Assembly (NCBI RefSeq): GCF_036321535.1
Contig: NC_087436.1
Coordinates: 108,874,001-108,938,000 of the forward strand
Length of the DNA stretch: 64,000 nucleotides
Direction of reading: 5' to 3'
Source: Camelus dromedarius
Taxonomy: Eukaryota
In this document: one piece after another, positions 29,085-41,272 of the stretch
Position numbering within the stretch: the stretch's first letter is position 1
How the letters are laid out: each line of letters begins with the position of its first letter
Position numbers and translations under genes: made by a program
The notes under the pieces: model-generated
The model's database searches: none
What the model was told of the DNA's origin: nothing
The model's input: only the letters and a program-made list of their open reading frames with translations

Positions 29085-30185
29085 TGTGTTATTTTGTGAT
29101 TTATAATAAGAAATATATGTTTTTAAAAGTGGGTATCTATTTGGTTTTAGTCCCCAGTTTCTGACAAAGAGCTCCTAAAACCCTGGGTTTTAAGAAGAGA
29201 GCACCACGGTGTCTTTTATGTTAATGAGGTGACTTTTGAACCTCCACTTGAGCTGGGGGCTGGTTGCTAGGAGAACCCACCCCTTGATTAGAGGGTTGGT
29301 ACTTTCAGTCCCACCTCCCTGATCACCTGGGAAGGGAGAGCAGCTGGAGATTGAGTTCAATCACCAATGACCGATTATTTAATTAATCATGCCTGTGGGA
29401 TGAAGCTTCCTTAAAAGCCCAAAAGTACAGGCGTTCCCAGTTGGTGAACACCTGGAGATCTGCGGAGAGCAGTGTGTTCAGAGAGGGTGTGGAAGTTCAA
29501 GCCCTTTCCTCAAGCCTTGCCAAATGCATCTCTTCCACCCAGAAGCTCCTAAAGTATATCCTTTTATAAAAAACCAGCGATCTAGTAAGTAAATGTTTCT
29601 CTGAGTTCTGTGAGCTGCTCTAGCAAATAGAACCCAAGAAGGGTGAATTATCTTTTCCTTTGAAATAACACACACAGGCAGGGAGGTGGTGGAAGCCTGG
29701 GGGGAGGGAGTCCTCCAGACCCCTAAACACGCCAGTTCCTCTTTTGCAGTCCTTTCACGGGGTTCCCCAAGGACTCGGAAGGAGTAGAGAGGGGGGTCCC
29801 ACAATTATCCTAAGCTCAGAATCCAACTACAAAGTGCAGAACGTACAGGGTGGGAGTGCTGGATGCTTGGGTCAGTTGGGATGGATGGCTGTCTGCTCCT
29901 CCCGGTAGAAGCAGGTTTGTCAGGAACCTCTAATCTGTAGCCCATTGGTCAGAAGCACAGGTGACAACCTAAAATTGCAATTATTATCTGAAGTTGGGGG
30001 CTGGGTGGGGGTGCAGTCATGTAGGGCTGAGCCCTTAACCTGTAGGATCCAGCTCTATCTCCAGGTAGAAAGTATCAGAATTAAGTTAAATTGTAAGACA
30101 TACATCTAGTGTCGGAGATTACTTGGTGGTGTGAGGAAATTCACCCCCTCCACACACACTGAAATTGGATGCAGAATCGTTGCTA
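29085..30185 (+). mobile_element. MER21-like ERVL LTR with an internal ~275-bp unrelated insert
   Basis: tgtgttattttgtgatttataataagaaatatat start; gagctcctaaaacc; ctgagttctgtgagctgctctagcaaat; ttggtcagaagcacaggt; tatctccaggtaga. Confidence 0.8.
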
Positions 30186-33100
30186 TGTATAACAGAAACC
30201 AAGTAATTTAGGGGAAATGCGTTTGGGGATTAGGAGAGGGTGCGGCTTACACATGAGCAGGAATTTCAGGGAGGGCCATGATAAAGGAAAGCAGATGATG
30301 GAATGGGATCAACAAAGAAGGTACTGGCGGGGCTGGCAGCCTGCCTGTGGTCTTGATGAACTAGGTCTGAAGGACAAGCAGGAGCTGGTCAAGAGAATAC
30401 GGCTCAGGATGCGAAGCAGTGGGGAGTGAGGCAGGGGCCTGGGAATGAACAGAAAGCATTTGTAAATCACGTAGAAGATGAAACACAGAAGGGGAGGGTG
30501 GCAGGCAGGCTGGGTCAGGAGGCCAAGGGTAGATCCTGACACACCTGGGGCAGGAGGCTGAGGAGGCTGGGTTATCTTGCAGGAGGTGAGGAGTCCTTGA
30601 ATTTTCAGCAGGAAGGTAAGGTATCAGGGCTGTTTCTAGAACAAGAAGTCCGACAGGCAGCTCTTTATTCCAAGAGCCCAGATGGGAGCCGATGTCGGCC
30701 TGAGCCACAGGTAAGGCCCTGGAGGGGAGATGGAGGAGACAAGTTCAAGGGATATTAAAATTAAATTGGTTGATTTACATTTCAATGCTTCCCCGAGTCA
30801 GGATGACAAAAGGGACCTGCAGCCTTCTGAGAGGTCACTCAGTCAGTGTGCCTGGGGTAGAGTGCCCAGGGCAGCGAAGTGCCTCCTCACACGTACTAGG
30901 TGCTCACTAAAATGAAGGCTACCAAAAATGCAGATTCTGGGCCAGCAAACTCAACGTGTCATCTCATAACTTAACCAAGAAATACCACCGAGAAGAGTAG
31001 CAGCTGGCAGGGGCTGACAGAAGGTGAGGACCAAGATGCTGGCAGTGGTGAAGGCAAGGTTTTCCCCGATGTGGGAGCAGCAGTGAGTCGGGGAAGACGT
31101 GAGGTTGTCAGGGGTACCAGCCTCCTGTAACGTTTCTTCCGCTTTGGCTGCCAATGATCACCCCCAGGCAGCATCGTATTAGCGTTTGCCGCACTTTACC
31201 AGCAAGACTAATTCCAGCACAGCCTTAGTTTAGCTGTAACATAGAAGTCAGAAGTTCCAGTTCATCTGATGAAATCTTTCACAGCTAGTTTGCTGAGAAT
31301 GAGTAAGGCAAGGATTTACTAGTGATTTCATGACTTGAAATTACTCACATATCAGAAATGTACCATCAGTTACCTATAGCACATTGTATTCAATTTCACA
31401 TGTAAATTTAGTCTGATGTCAATGATATGGGGCCATGCATAATGTTGCTATTATAATATTTATGTTAAATTCCAGTAATTGTGATGAATGCTGATTATAA
31501 TTTGGGAAATGAATTGTAATGGCTACGTACTATAAGCATGTGTTAGTAACATGTCTTTTTCTTTAAAAGACAAACTAATGGCTAAATTAATAAATGTTAA
31601 ATCAAAATTTAAAACTAGGCTGTCGTAGTTATTGTTCTAAATTGATTAGTTACCTGAAAAGTCTCTAGAAAATAGAAATTGGATAACGAACATATTTTGA
31701 GTGGCGATAGCACCCTGGGAGAGACCCTCCTGATTCTAAGATAAAGGGAAATAGAAATTTCCCACTTAATTTGCTGAAGCCCAAAAGATAGAATGGATAA
31801 GACAGGAGGGGCCCTGGACACAGATGTGTCTAGATCTGAATCCTCTTTGCCACCAAGTGGCTGTGAGATCCTGGGCTGAGCATTTCAACCCTCTGGGCTT
31901 GGTGTTTGTCTCTGTAAAACATCAGCCTGCAAAGCTCCTTCCCGGGGTAACGGAAGGATGGAAAAACGTGTCAGTTAAGGGCTTGGCTGAGCACCCGGCA
32001 CCAAATGTGTGCTTAATACTTGTTCGATGTTAACCATAGTAGTTACTGCAAGGGAGATTTTTCTAATGAGTCCAATTAATAATGACATGATCTTATTACA
32101 CAGTGATCTCATAACATTGAACACATTCAAGCACAGGCCAGATGTTTGCTTTGTCTGCAAGGCTGTGAAAGACAGTTCTGCATATGATTATTAAACAAGC
32201 GCTTATTATGTAGTTACACAATAAGTCACTGTACTCAGGGTGTGAAAATAACATTGACAATTGTAATAACTGTGCACACTAATACCAGCTGACCCTTGTT
32301 CGGCACTCATTATGAATCCAACATCGTGCTGAGTGAATTACAGATAGTAACTTATTTAAATTTCCACAAGTATGATTGTCATCTTTTTAGCAGATGAGGA
32401 AAGAGATTCACAGAGAAGTTAAGCAACCTACCAAAAGTCACACAGCTAGAAAGTAGGAGAGCCAGGCTTCAAACCCCACACAGCCTGGTGCAGGATTCAT
32501 CTCTTAGCAACTGTGTCATTCTGCCTATAAGGCACATGTAGGTCCCCAGTCCTTCATTTGAAATCCTCTGAGCAAACTGAGTTTGTCATTGAGAGTCTTG
32601 CAGATTTTAGAAACACAATGCTGTGCATAGGCTGTGCATACTTAATGTCTCCAGCCGGGTCTGCAGTACGCTGTCATCAAGTGTGTAACGTGTGCAGCAA
32701 AGCCATGATAAACAGTGAACATGGCAGAGAGAGCTGCTGACCTGTGTCCCTGCACTCTGCTTTGTGATCACATGACGAGGTCGTGTTCCCAGCCTCTCCG
32801 GCAGCTCAGTGGGGCCAGGACTGAGTTTTTACCAAGGGTGATGAGCAGAAGTGACCACACCTCCTTCCATTTTCTTCCCGCCACTGGAGGCTGTGAGTTA
32901 CATATTTCAGTCTGCCTCACAGCGTAGTGGGAGGAGCCGGGTCTCTGAACGACTGCATGGAACAGGGCCCCACCCCTACTCGTATTTCACCACGTGTGAG
33001 TGATAAATGCACTGACACTGTGTCAAGCTACTGTGATTTGGAAGTATTAATATAGCTTTTAATGTCTTCTGACTAATATGATTGATAGATAGCGTATAAT

Positions 33101-33467
33101 AGGTGATCAATGATAGTGATGGTAGGCTCCAGCTATCTTACTCTATAGATAGGATTATCTATCACAGAGGTGATAGAGATTCCAACAGTTTCATGCCAGT
33201 TCAGTTCAGGTTTTGGCATCTAGTGAGTTTTGGCTCCACAATTCGCCACCTCCCCTGGCTTTCCAGTAAAGGGTTTTCTCCTTCAGTTTACAAAAGTGTT
33301 TCTGGATGGGGGTGGTGCGTTGCAGATAAGAAATAAAGGACCTGTATCACTTGCCACGTGTCAGAGATGAGGAATCCCAAACCTAGAGTGGCTACGTGAC
33401 TTGGCCAGTCATCCAGTTAGTAAATGGCAGACCCAGCTCCACCTAAGTCTCTAAACTTACGTTTTTT

Positions 33468-33990
33468 GTTTTTTTTAATAGACAACTTTTTAGAGCACTT
33501 TCAGGTTTACAGCAGAATTAAGCAGAAAATACAGAGTTCACACACAGCCCTCCCCACCCACACATATACACTCCCCTACTGTCAACATCCCTCCTCAGTG
33601 TGGCATATTTGGTACAATCAATGAACCAACATGGGCACATTATTATCAACCAAAGTCCATAGTTTATGCTAGGGTTCACTCTTGATGTTGTACATTCTGT
33701 GGGTTTCGACAAATGCATAATTCCATGTAGCCGCCACTGTAGTATCATTCAGAATAATTTCATTGCCCTAAACATCCCTTGTGCTCCATCTATTCATTCC
33801 TCCCTCCCTCTCCCCAAACCCCTGGAAACCACGATCTTTTTATTGTTTCTGTAGCTGTGTCTTTTCCAGAATGTCATTTGGTTGGAATCATATGGTTTGT
33901 AGCCTTTTCAAACTGGCTTCTTTCATTTAGTAATATGTCTTTTTTGGCAATTATAAATAATGGTGCTGTTAATAGCAAGGTGTATGTATC
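33468..33990 (-). mobile_element. L1 3' fragment (L1MC-like)
   Basis: ttttagagcactttcaggtttacagcagaatt ... gggttcactcttgatgttgtacattctgtggg. Confidence 0.75.
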
Positions 33991-34186
33991 TTTGAATTAA
34001 TTTTTATTTTGTGGTTGGCTTTATTCTTTCGATCATTGTGAAAATTTAAAAACCTAAAGCTCAAAACGTTCTTAGAAACAATGAACAGTACATATATGTA
34101 AATTTAAAAATATATGTGCAGTGAAAAAAAAATGAACTATCAAGCCATGAAAGACATGGAAGAAACTTAAAACTTACAGTTTTAAC

Positions 34187-34408
34187 CAGAGGGCATCAGA
34201 CTTTTCTGTAAAGGACCAAACCATAAATATTTTTGGCTTTGCATGCCATACAGTCTTTGTTCTACCAACTCAGTTCTGCCGTTGTAGACAGAAGCTACCA
34301 CAGACAAATCCTAAGTAAATGAGCATGGCTGTGTTCCAATGCATCTTTATTAACAAAAGCAGGCAGTGGGCCACATTTCACCCTGGACCATAGTTTTCCA
34401 GCTCCTAT
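34187..34408. mobile_element. MER58A-like hAT-Charlie MITE
   Basis: ttttctgtaaaggacca ... aactcagttctgccgttgtag ... aaatgagcatggctgtgttccaat ... ccatagttt. Confidence 0.8.
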
Positions 34409-35122
34409 TCTTAAGCCTCACAGCAGACTACCTCCTGCAGAGGGAGACACTGAGGCATAGTGTCTGTTGGAAGGTGTCTTAAGATGGCTTTCTATGATTT
34501 GATGACAGTATTATCACCAATGGTTACAATTACCACTCAGTAATTCATCTCACCCACTGATTAAACACAGTTGTTGGCAGCAAGAGCAACCCTGAGCCTT
34601 TACCACCATTCCAACGGTTACCTTTTCTAGAATATTACCACCATCAGGGCAACGCTTACCTCTGAGTGTGTCCCAAGTGGCAAGTTTGTTTGAATTATTG
34701 AGGCTGAGTTAGAATGTGTTTTTCCTTGGGAACAACTCTGGAATAGCTGTCCCCGCTTACTACAGCTAACTGATGACTTGACACCCGGGCTACCGCAGTC
34801 CAGAGTTTCAAGAAAACTCCATTCCCTGACAACTCAGTCATTACAGAATGAAATGTGAGTGGCATCCCCTGGAGGCATTATGAAAACCCCAAATAATCTC
34901 TTTGTCATTCACAGTAATGAGAAAAAAATGTTTTTTCTCCCTAAATATCAGTTACAGTTATGGGAAAACTTTCTTTCTAGGCTGTCATTTTAGCACGTTA
35001 GAGAGAGATTTTCTTTTGAGCTGTTAGACAGCAAGGGAGCTGTTTAGGCAATGTCACCAATAGTATAGAATTCCCATCTTGTCAGATTTATTAAATCATT
35101 AAGTTTTATTTTTATATCCCTC

Positions 35123-35124
<2 letters not shown>

Positions 35125-35160
<36 letters not shown>
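35125..35160. repeat. (CA)18 microsatellite
   Basis: Read directly. Confidence 0.95.
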
Positions 35161-35161
<1 letters not shown>

Positions 35162-35764
35162 CCAGTACACGTAATTCTGTTCTTCTTGTCTAGTGCCCGT
35201 TCTAGGGAGCTTTTCTCTTTTTGGAAATAAAGGGGAAAGTAGCTTAGATGTCTTTTCATTCCATTCGTTCATTGAACAAATATTTTTTGAGCACTACTCC
35301 CTGCCAAACACTCTTCAAGTTGCAGGGGGGTACAACAGTGAACAAAAGACACACATTTTGGTCCTCATGGAGCTGACATTCATTCTCCCATTTTCATTAC
35401 TAACTTTTTAGAATCCAGCAATTCTCCCCATAAAGGTTCTTGAACCTGTGCCTCACCCATGCATTTCTGTTGATTCCCAAGGTACAGGGCCACGATGCGT
35501 GGTGTCCCGGGTTTCGCTCGGCACCCTGTCATTCTGGCCTGCTCCCTCCCTGTAGTCTTGCTATTGGGTATCCAGCTCCTCCAGCCACAGATGCCCTTGC
35601 CTACAGTCCTGTGGCCCCAGGGGAAACAGACTTTCAGTCTTCCATAGCATACACTGAAATATTTAATGAAAGTTGCAGAAGGTTATTACAAAACAGACAA
35701 GAGAAACAGACAAGAGAAAAAGCATCCAATCAACTGCTCCAACAGTCTAAAGGTCAGGTCCCTC

Positions 35765-36740
35765 TTTTTTTTTTTTTTAATAAACCTTTTATTTTAGACC
35801 AGTTTTACATTTACAGAAAAATTGCAAAGAGACTACTGAAAGTTCCCATATACGTCACACCCAGTTTCTACTATGAGCACCATGCATTCACATGGTAAAC
35901 ACGTTACAATTAACGAACTAATGTTGATACACTGTGATTAACTGAAGCCCATGCTTTATTCAGATTTTCTTAGCTTTTACCTGATTCCTTTTCTCTGTCC
36001 TAGGACTCTGTGTAGGACACTACATTACATTTATTCATATCTCCTTAGGCTCCTCTTGGCTATGACAGTTTCTCAAATTGTCCTTGTGTTTGATGACCTT
36101 TGCAGTTTTAAGGAGTTTTGGTCAGGTGTTTTGTAGAAAGTTGCACAGTTGGGAATTGTCTGATGTTTTTTTCTCATGATTAGACTGGGGATATGTGTTT
36201 TGAGGAGGAAGACCACTGGGGTAAGGTACCAGAGTTTATCACATACCAAGATGATTTATGACGGCTGACGTAGACCTTGATCACCTGGCTGAAGTAGTCC
36301 TGGGCATTTCTTTACTGTCAAGTTTCTCTTTCTTTTCCTTCTTTCCAAACCATACTCTTTGGAAGGAAGTTATGCACAGACCACGTGTACAGATTGGGAG
36401 TTATGCTCTACCTGCACTGAGGGTGGAGGATCCACATAGTTGATTGGATCTGTCTCTTCTCCTCCATTTATGGATGTATTCCATCAGTTATTTATATCAG
36501 TGTGGACTAACTGACATCTATTTTATATTTTGAGTTACAGTTCAACATCTTACCTTGTTGCTCAAATTGTTCCAGCTTGGCCATTGGAAGCTCTTCCGGT
36601 TGGCGTCAACACAACTACATCATTGGCGTTGTTTTTTGTTTATTTCTTTGTTTCTTTGATCACTTCCTTACTTTTGGGCACTACAAGACGTTCCAGTCTT
36701 TTCTTATACCCTTCTTGCCCCTGGTCCTAGAACTAGTCAG
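35765..36740 (-). mobile_element. Old L1 3' fragment (L1MC/MD-like)
   Basis: Poly-T head, then ttttacatttacagaaaaattgcaaaga ... ttaggctcctcttggctatgacagtttctc ... accttgatcacctggctga. Confidence 0.75.
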
Positions 36741-37766
36741 TCTCCTCTTGTAACACTGCAGTCTCCACAGGAGCACTGGCAATCTCTCCTCGTCTGAAAG
36801 AACACATGCTTGTGAGTCAGACTGTTCAGTCCAGACTCTGCCACTCCTCGCTGGGACAGCTGGGGGCAAGTTCCCAATCTCTCTGCGCTTGAGTTTCCTC
36901 AGTGTAAAATGGAAATAATAATGATAAGATACCTCACAAGCCTGCTATAAGATTAAATGATGGATCTAAAGAGTTCAGAAGATTATCTGGCACATTTAAT
37001 ATGCTCGATAATTTTAGTGATCCTGGTTCACATCTGGTCAGTCTCAGAGAACTGACATCAGTATCTCTCTGTCTCTGTCTCTCGCTCCTTTCTCTCTGTT
37101 TCAGTGTTCCAGGTTAGCTAACTGTTGGGGTTCTCCTTCAGCTGATCTTTTATTGTCATGTTCATAGTCGCACGTATATTCACATACTGACTCACTTTCT
37201 CTTCTTAAAAGCTAAGGCTACTTTCTAGTTCATTTATGCAGTCATTTCACAGCAAGAATTATGAATTCCTGGCACCTCCAAATGTTCTACAAGTGTTATT
37301 AGTAAGTTATTGAATCGCAATCACTAAGAGTCACTGTTTCATTTCACCTTACAGTTGTGTCCTGTGGGATCAGAAAAGAGGTGTAGCGTGTGTTTGTATC
37401 AGGCTGTTCTGTGTAACCACAGCCCAGTGCTTCAGTTCTAGGTAAAATGAGAGCCCAGGCTTTGAGCCAGAGATCTGGGCTGTTTCCAGCTCTGATGCTT
37501 ACTGGCTGTATCCCTTAGCTCAATCAAATATTTTCTCTGAGCCTCCATCTTTAATATAAAGATGACAATACCTGTTCCCTATGGTTGTGTGAGACTGACA
37601 TAAAATAATGCCTAGAAATTGCCTAATACTGGGCCCTACACACTTCTCAATAAACTGTCATCATTACTACTATTAAATGAAGTTAAAGGAAATGGTTTGA
37701 TCTCACTGAAGGCCATTAAAAATTAACGAATTTTAAAATAAAAATCACAAATATAAATACCCAGAG

Positions 37767-38117
37767 GGTAAGGAGAGACAGAAGAAAAAGGTGGGTCACT
37801 CCAGATAGGTAGGCAGCAGGTTTAATAAACCAGGGAACTCCCATAGGAGGCTTGTCTTGGGCAGCCCTGAGATGAGTATACCTCCACCCGCCCACCAAAA
37901 TCTTAAAAGTGTGCACAGAGGCCTGACCTGGGTTCAGTCATGCACGCTGTCAGATGGTCTCGATAACACATGCTCTCGCAAGGCTGGGTCCTCGATGCAG
38001 CTCCTAGGGTGGGAATGGTGGGTAGGATGGATGATCCAAGGTCGGGGGAAGGGGTAAGACCCTCCGATTGCCTGGGTCCTGCCTGAGGTCATGTCCTCTC
38101 GATGACCGCCTCCCACA
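37767..38117 (-). mobile_element. Probable ERV solo LTR (~350 bp)
   Basis: Sharp GC-rich island in AT-rich flanks, ends in CA, minus-strand ATTAAA at ~37821, imperfect cag(a/g) flanking repeat; family not assigned. Confidence 0.5.
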
Positions 38118-39211
38118 CAGGAGAACAGATGTTCCCGGCACAGTACCCAGCACTAAGGCACCAGGTAAAGGTTTGGTAGATAGATAAAGCTCACTACAGA
38201 ACAGGGCTGGGTTATTATCAAGTTAAATCTCTATGCCTTTTTCCTTCTTTTGCCTTTATCATAAGACATTAGAAACCAGAATTCAGTATGGGTCCCCACT
38301 TACCATTTTTGTACATTGGGGAACAGTTGTAACCCTTCATAGACAAAAGTAAGGTAATGATGCAAAGTATTCTTTAGAGCTGTTTATTTTTATTTTAAGC
38401 CTTGTAACTCCCGCCTGACATACTTCAATTACCATTCAGAAAAATGTAGAGCAGAAACTTGAACAAGATACCTGGCATCTTTCATTCTCCTTTCACACAG
38501 ATAAGGGATTGTTTCTGTTTTGAAATAACTATTTATTCACATCATCTTGCAGGATGGTATATTAAAAGAGAGGGGTGTGCTCAAGGTTCATAGCTATCTT
38601 TCAGTGTATGTAGTTTCAGGATATACAGTGTTTAAGAGGAAGATGTGAATCGGATGTCAGCTTGTGAATCAGGGTACTTTTGTTCACAAATAATAGATAA
38701 TCATATGCTAACTAACAAAAACAATATGATAACTGTATTGGCTCAGAGGAACAGGAAGTCCAGAGATAGGGCTGGCTCCAGGCCAGGGTGGCTAAGGGTG
38801 CGCTCCCTCCTGGTTGCAAGATGCCAGCACCTGACTGTTCCAGGCTTGATCGTTCATGTCAGCAAGGAAGGAAGAGAATCCCTGTCACACGGTTCCTAGC
38901 AGAAGTCCTGAAAAATCACTCAGGTGGCCTGCGTGCAGTTAGGGGCCGACCACGGATGCAACCGCCTTGACCAAAGGGACAAAACTGGCTTCCTGACTTT
39001 GCCCCAGTCACAGCTCTGTCACTGGAGCACAGATGGAGTGGGCTTCACAGAACTGGATGAAGCACCAGATGGAAACTAGGGGCCTACTAGGGAGGCAAAC
39101 GACAAAAAGTCCACACGTGAGTTTACAAGTGCGGTCTTCTAAACGTCTCATTCTTGCACTGGTCTGTTCTGCTTGGTGATGGGGCCAAAGCCAGTGATGA
39201 TTCTTGTAGGT

Positions 39212-39388
39212 CAGTGGCTCTCAAAGTGGGATCCCTGGACCAGCAGTGTCAGCATCTCCTTGGAATTTGTAAATTCTTGGGCCCCACCCCAGACCTAATG
39301 AATCAGAAGCGCTGGGGGTGGTGCCCAGCAAGCTGTTTTAGCAAGCCCTCCAGGTGATTCTGCGGCAAGCTAAATTTTGAGAACCGAG
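39212..39388. mobile_element. MER5A-like hAT-Charlie MITE
   Basis: cagtggctctcaaagtg ... ccccaccccagacct..tgaatcaga ... caagccctccaggtgattct ... ttttgagaacc. Confidence 0.85.
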
Positions 39389-39658
39389 GCTGTAAGCGTG
39401 CCTTCAAAGATCTTGTATCCAGTCCCCCTTTTCAGCTAAGGGCATGTAACTATGACTTTGTGGTTTGAAGCAACAAGTCAGGTTTATATCAATAACCATC
39501 AGCCTCATCTGGCCTTTCAGAATTGCCTATCAATCTTTCTCTGATATGCCTAGTTTCCCATGTTCTGCAGGGATTATTTTATTCATGCCTTCCTAAAAAG
39601 CCAAAGCTTATAGTTTGCAAGTTTAGTATTGCACAACTCCAAAGAGTGTCATTACGTC

Positions 39659-39731
39659 TTTTTTTTTTTTCAATTGAAGTATAGTTCATTTACAATGTTG
39701 TGTTAGTTTCTGGTGTACAGCATAGTGATTC

Positions 39732-39764
<33 letters not shown>

Positions 39765-41055
39765 AATACATATACATTTTTTTCTTAGCTACAATGAGGC
39801 ATCACCTCACACCAGTAAGAATAAGCATCATTAAAAAGTCCACAAATGATAAATTCCAGTGTGGGTGTAGAAGGATCATAAACTGACTTTTCCATTGTCT
39901 TAGAGTTATATATATAACTCTCTCTCTATATAATTTTTATATTCTTTTTCACTGTATGTTATTAAAAACCATTGAATATAATTTCCTGTGCTATACAGTA
40001 GGACCTTGTTACTTATCTATCATATAATAGTTTGTATTTGCTAATCTCAACTCCTAATTTATCCTGACCCACTGCCCTTTCCCCTTTGGTAACCATAAGT
40101 TTGTTTTCCATGTCTGTGAGTCTGTTTCTGTTTTGTAAAAAAGTTCATTTGTGTCATTTTTTTATATTCCACATATAAGTGATAAGTTGTATTTGTCTTT
40201 GTCTGACTTCACTTAGTATGATAATCTCTAGGTCCATCCATGTTGCTGCAAATGGGATTATTCTTTTTTATGGCGAAGTAGTATTCCATTGTATATATAG
40301 CACAACTTCTTTATCCAGTTATCTGTCGATGGGCATTTATGCTGTTTCCATGTTTTGGCTATTGTAACTAGTGCTGCTATGAACAATGGGGTGCATGTAT
40401 CTTTTCAAATTAGCGTTCCCTCCAGATATATGCCCAGGAGTGGGGTTGCTGGATCATATGGTAACTCTATTTTTAGTTTTTTAAGGAATCTCCATACTGG
40501 AGATTTCATAGTGGTTGCACCAAATTACATTCCCACCACCAACATAGGAGGGTTCCCTTTCCTCCACACCCTCTCCAGCTTTATCATTTGTGGAATTTTT
40601 GATGGACATTCTGACTGGTGTGAGGTGATACTTCGTTGTAGTTTTGATTTGCATTTCTGATAATTAGCAATATTGAGCATCTTTTCATGTGCCTATTGGC
40701 CATTTGTATGTCTTCACTGGCGAATTGTCTGTTTAGGTCTTCTGCCCATCTTTTGACTGAGTTGCTCAGGGATTTTTTGGTGATTGAGTTGTGTGAGCTG
40801 TTTGTATATCCTTGCAATTAGGCTTTTGTCAGTCACACTGTTTGCAAATATTTTCTCCCAGTCCACAGGTTGTCTTCCCATTTTGTTTATAGTTTCCTTT
40901 GCTGTGCAAAAAACACATATGTTTAATCAGTCCCCATTTGTTTATTTTTGTTTTTATTTCTATTGCCTTGGTAGACATTGCCTAGGAAAACATTGCTATG
41001 ATTTATGTCAGCAAATGTCTTGCCTATGTTTTCTTCTAGGAAATTTATGATGTCC
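39659..41055 (-). mobile_element. 5'-truncated L1 with poly(A) tail, cetartiodactyl-like 3' end
   Basis: T-run then ttgaagtatagt..tacaatgttgtgttagtttctggtgtacagcatagtgattcag; ORF 40584..40817 (-) [23 protein letters not shown] is the L1 ORF2p C-terminal region. Confidence 0.92.
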
Positions 41056-41164
41056 AGAAGGTTATAACCTTTGCTTCCATCATCTGAGAGAGAATTTCAT
41101 TAGAGTGTGTGTTTTACTTCTTTTTAGAAATGCCATATCAAATTGTATTTTTATTTCTTTTTAG

Positions 41165-41272
41165 GATTTCATCAAGGGTCTTTCTATTTTGCTTCGGGGG
41201 ACAGTACAAGAAAAACTCAACTGGGCATTTAATTTGTATGACATAAATAAAGACGGCTACATCACTAAAGAA
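41165..41272 (+). CDS. KCNIP4: KCNIP4 coding exon ([36 protein letters not shown]), EF-hand 3
   Basis: tttttag|GAT ... GAA|gtaaga; 108 nt; canonical EF loop [12 protein letters not shown]. Confidence 0.97.
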
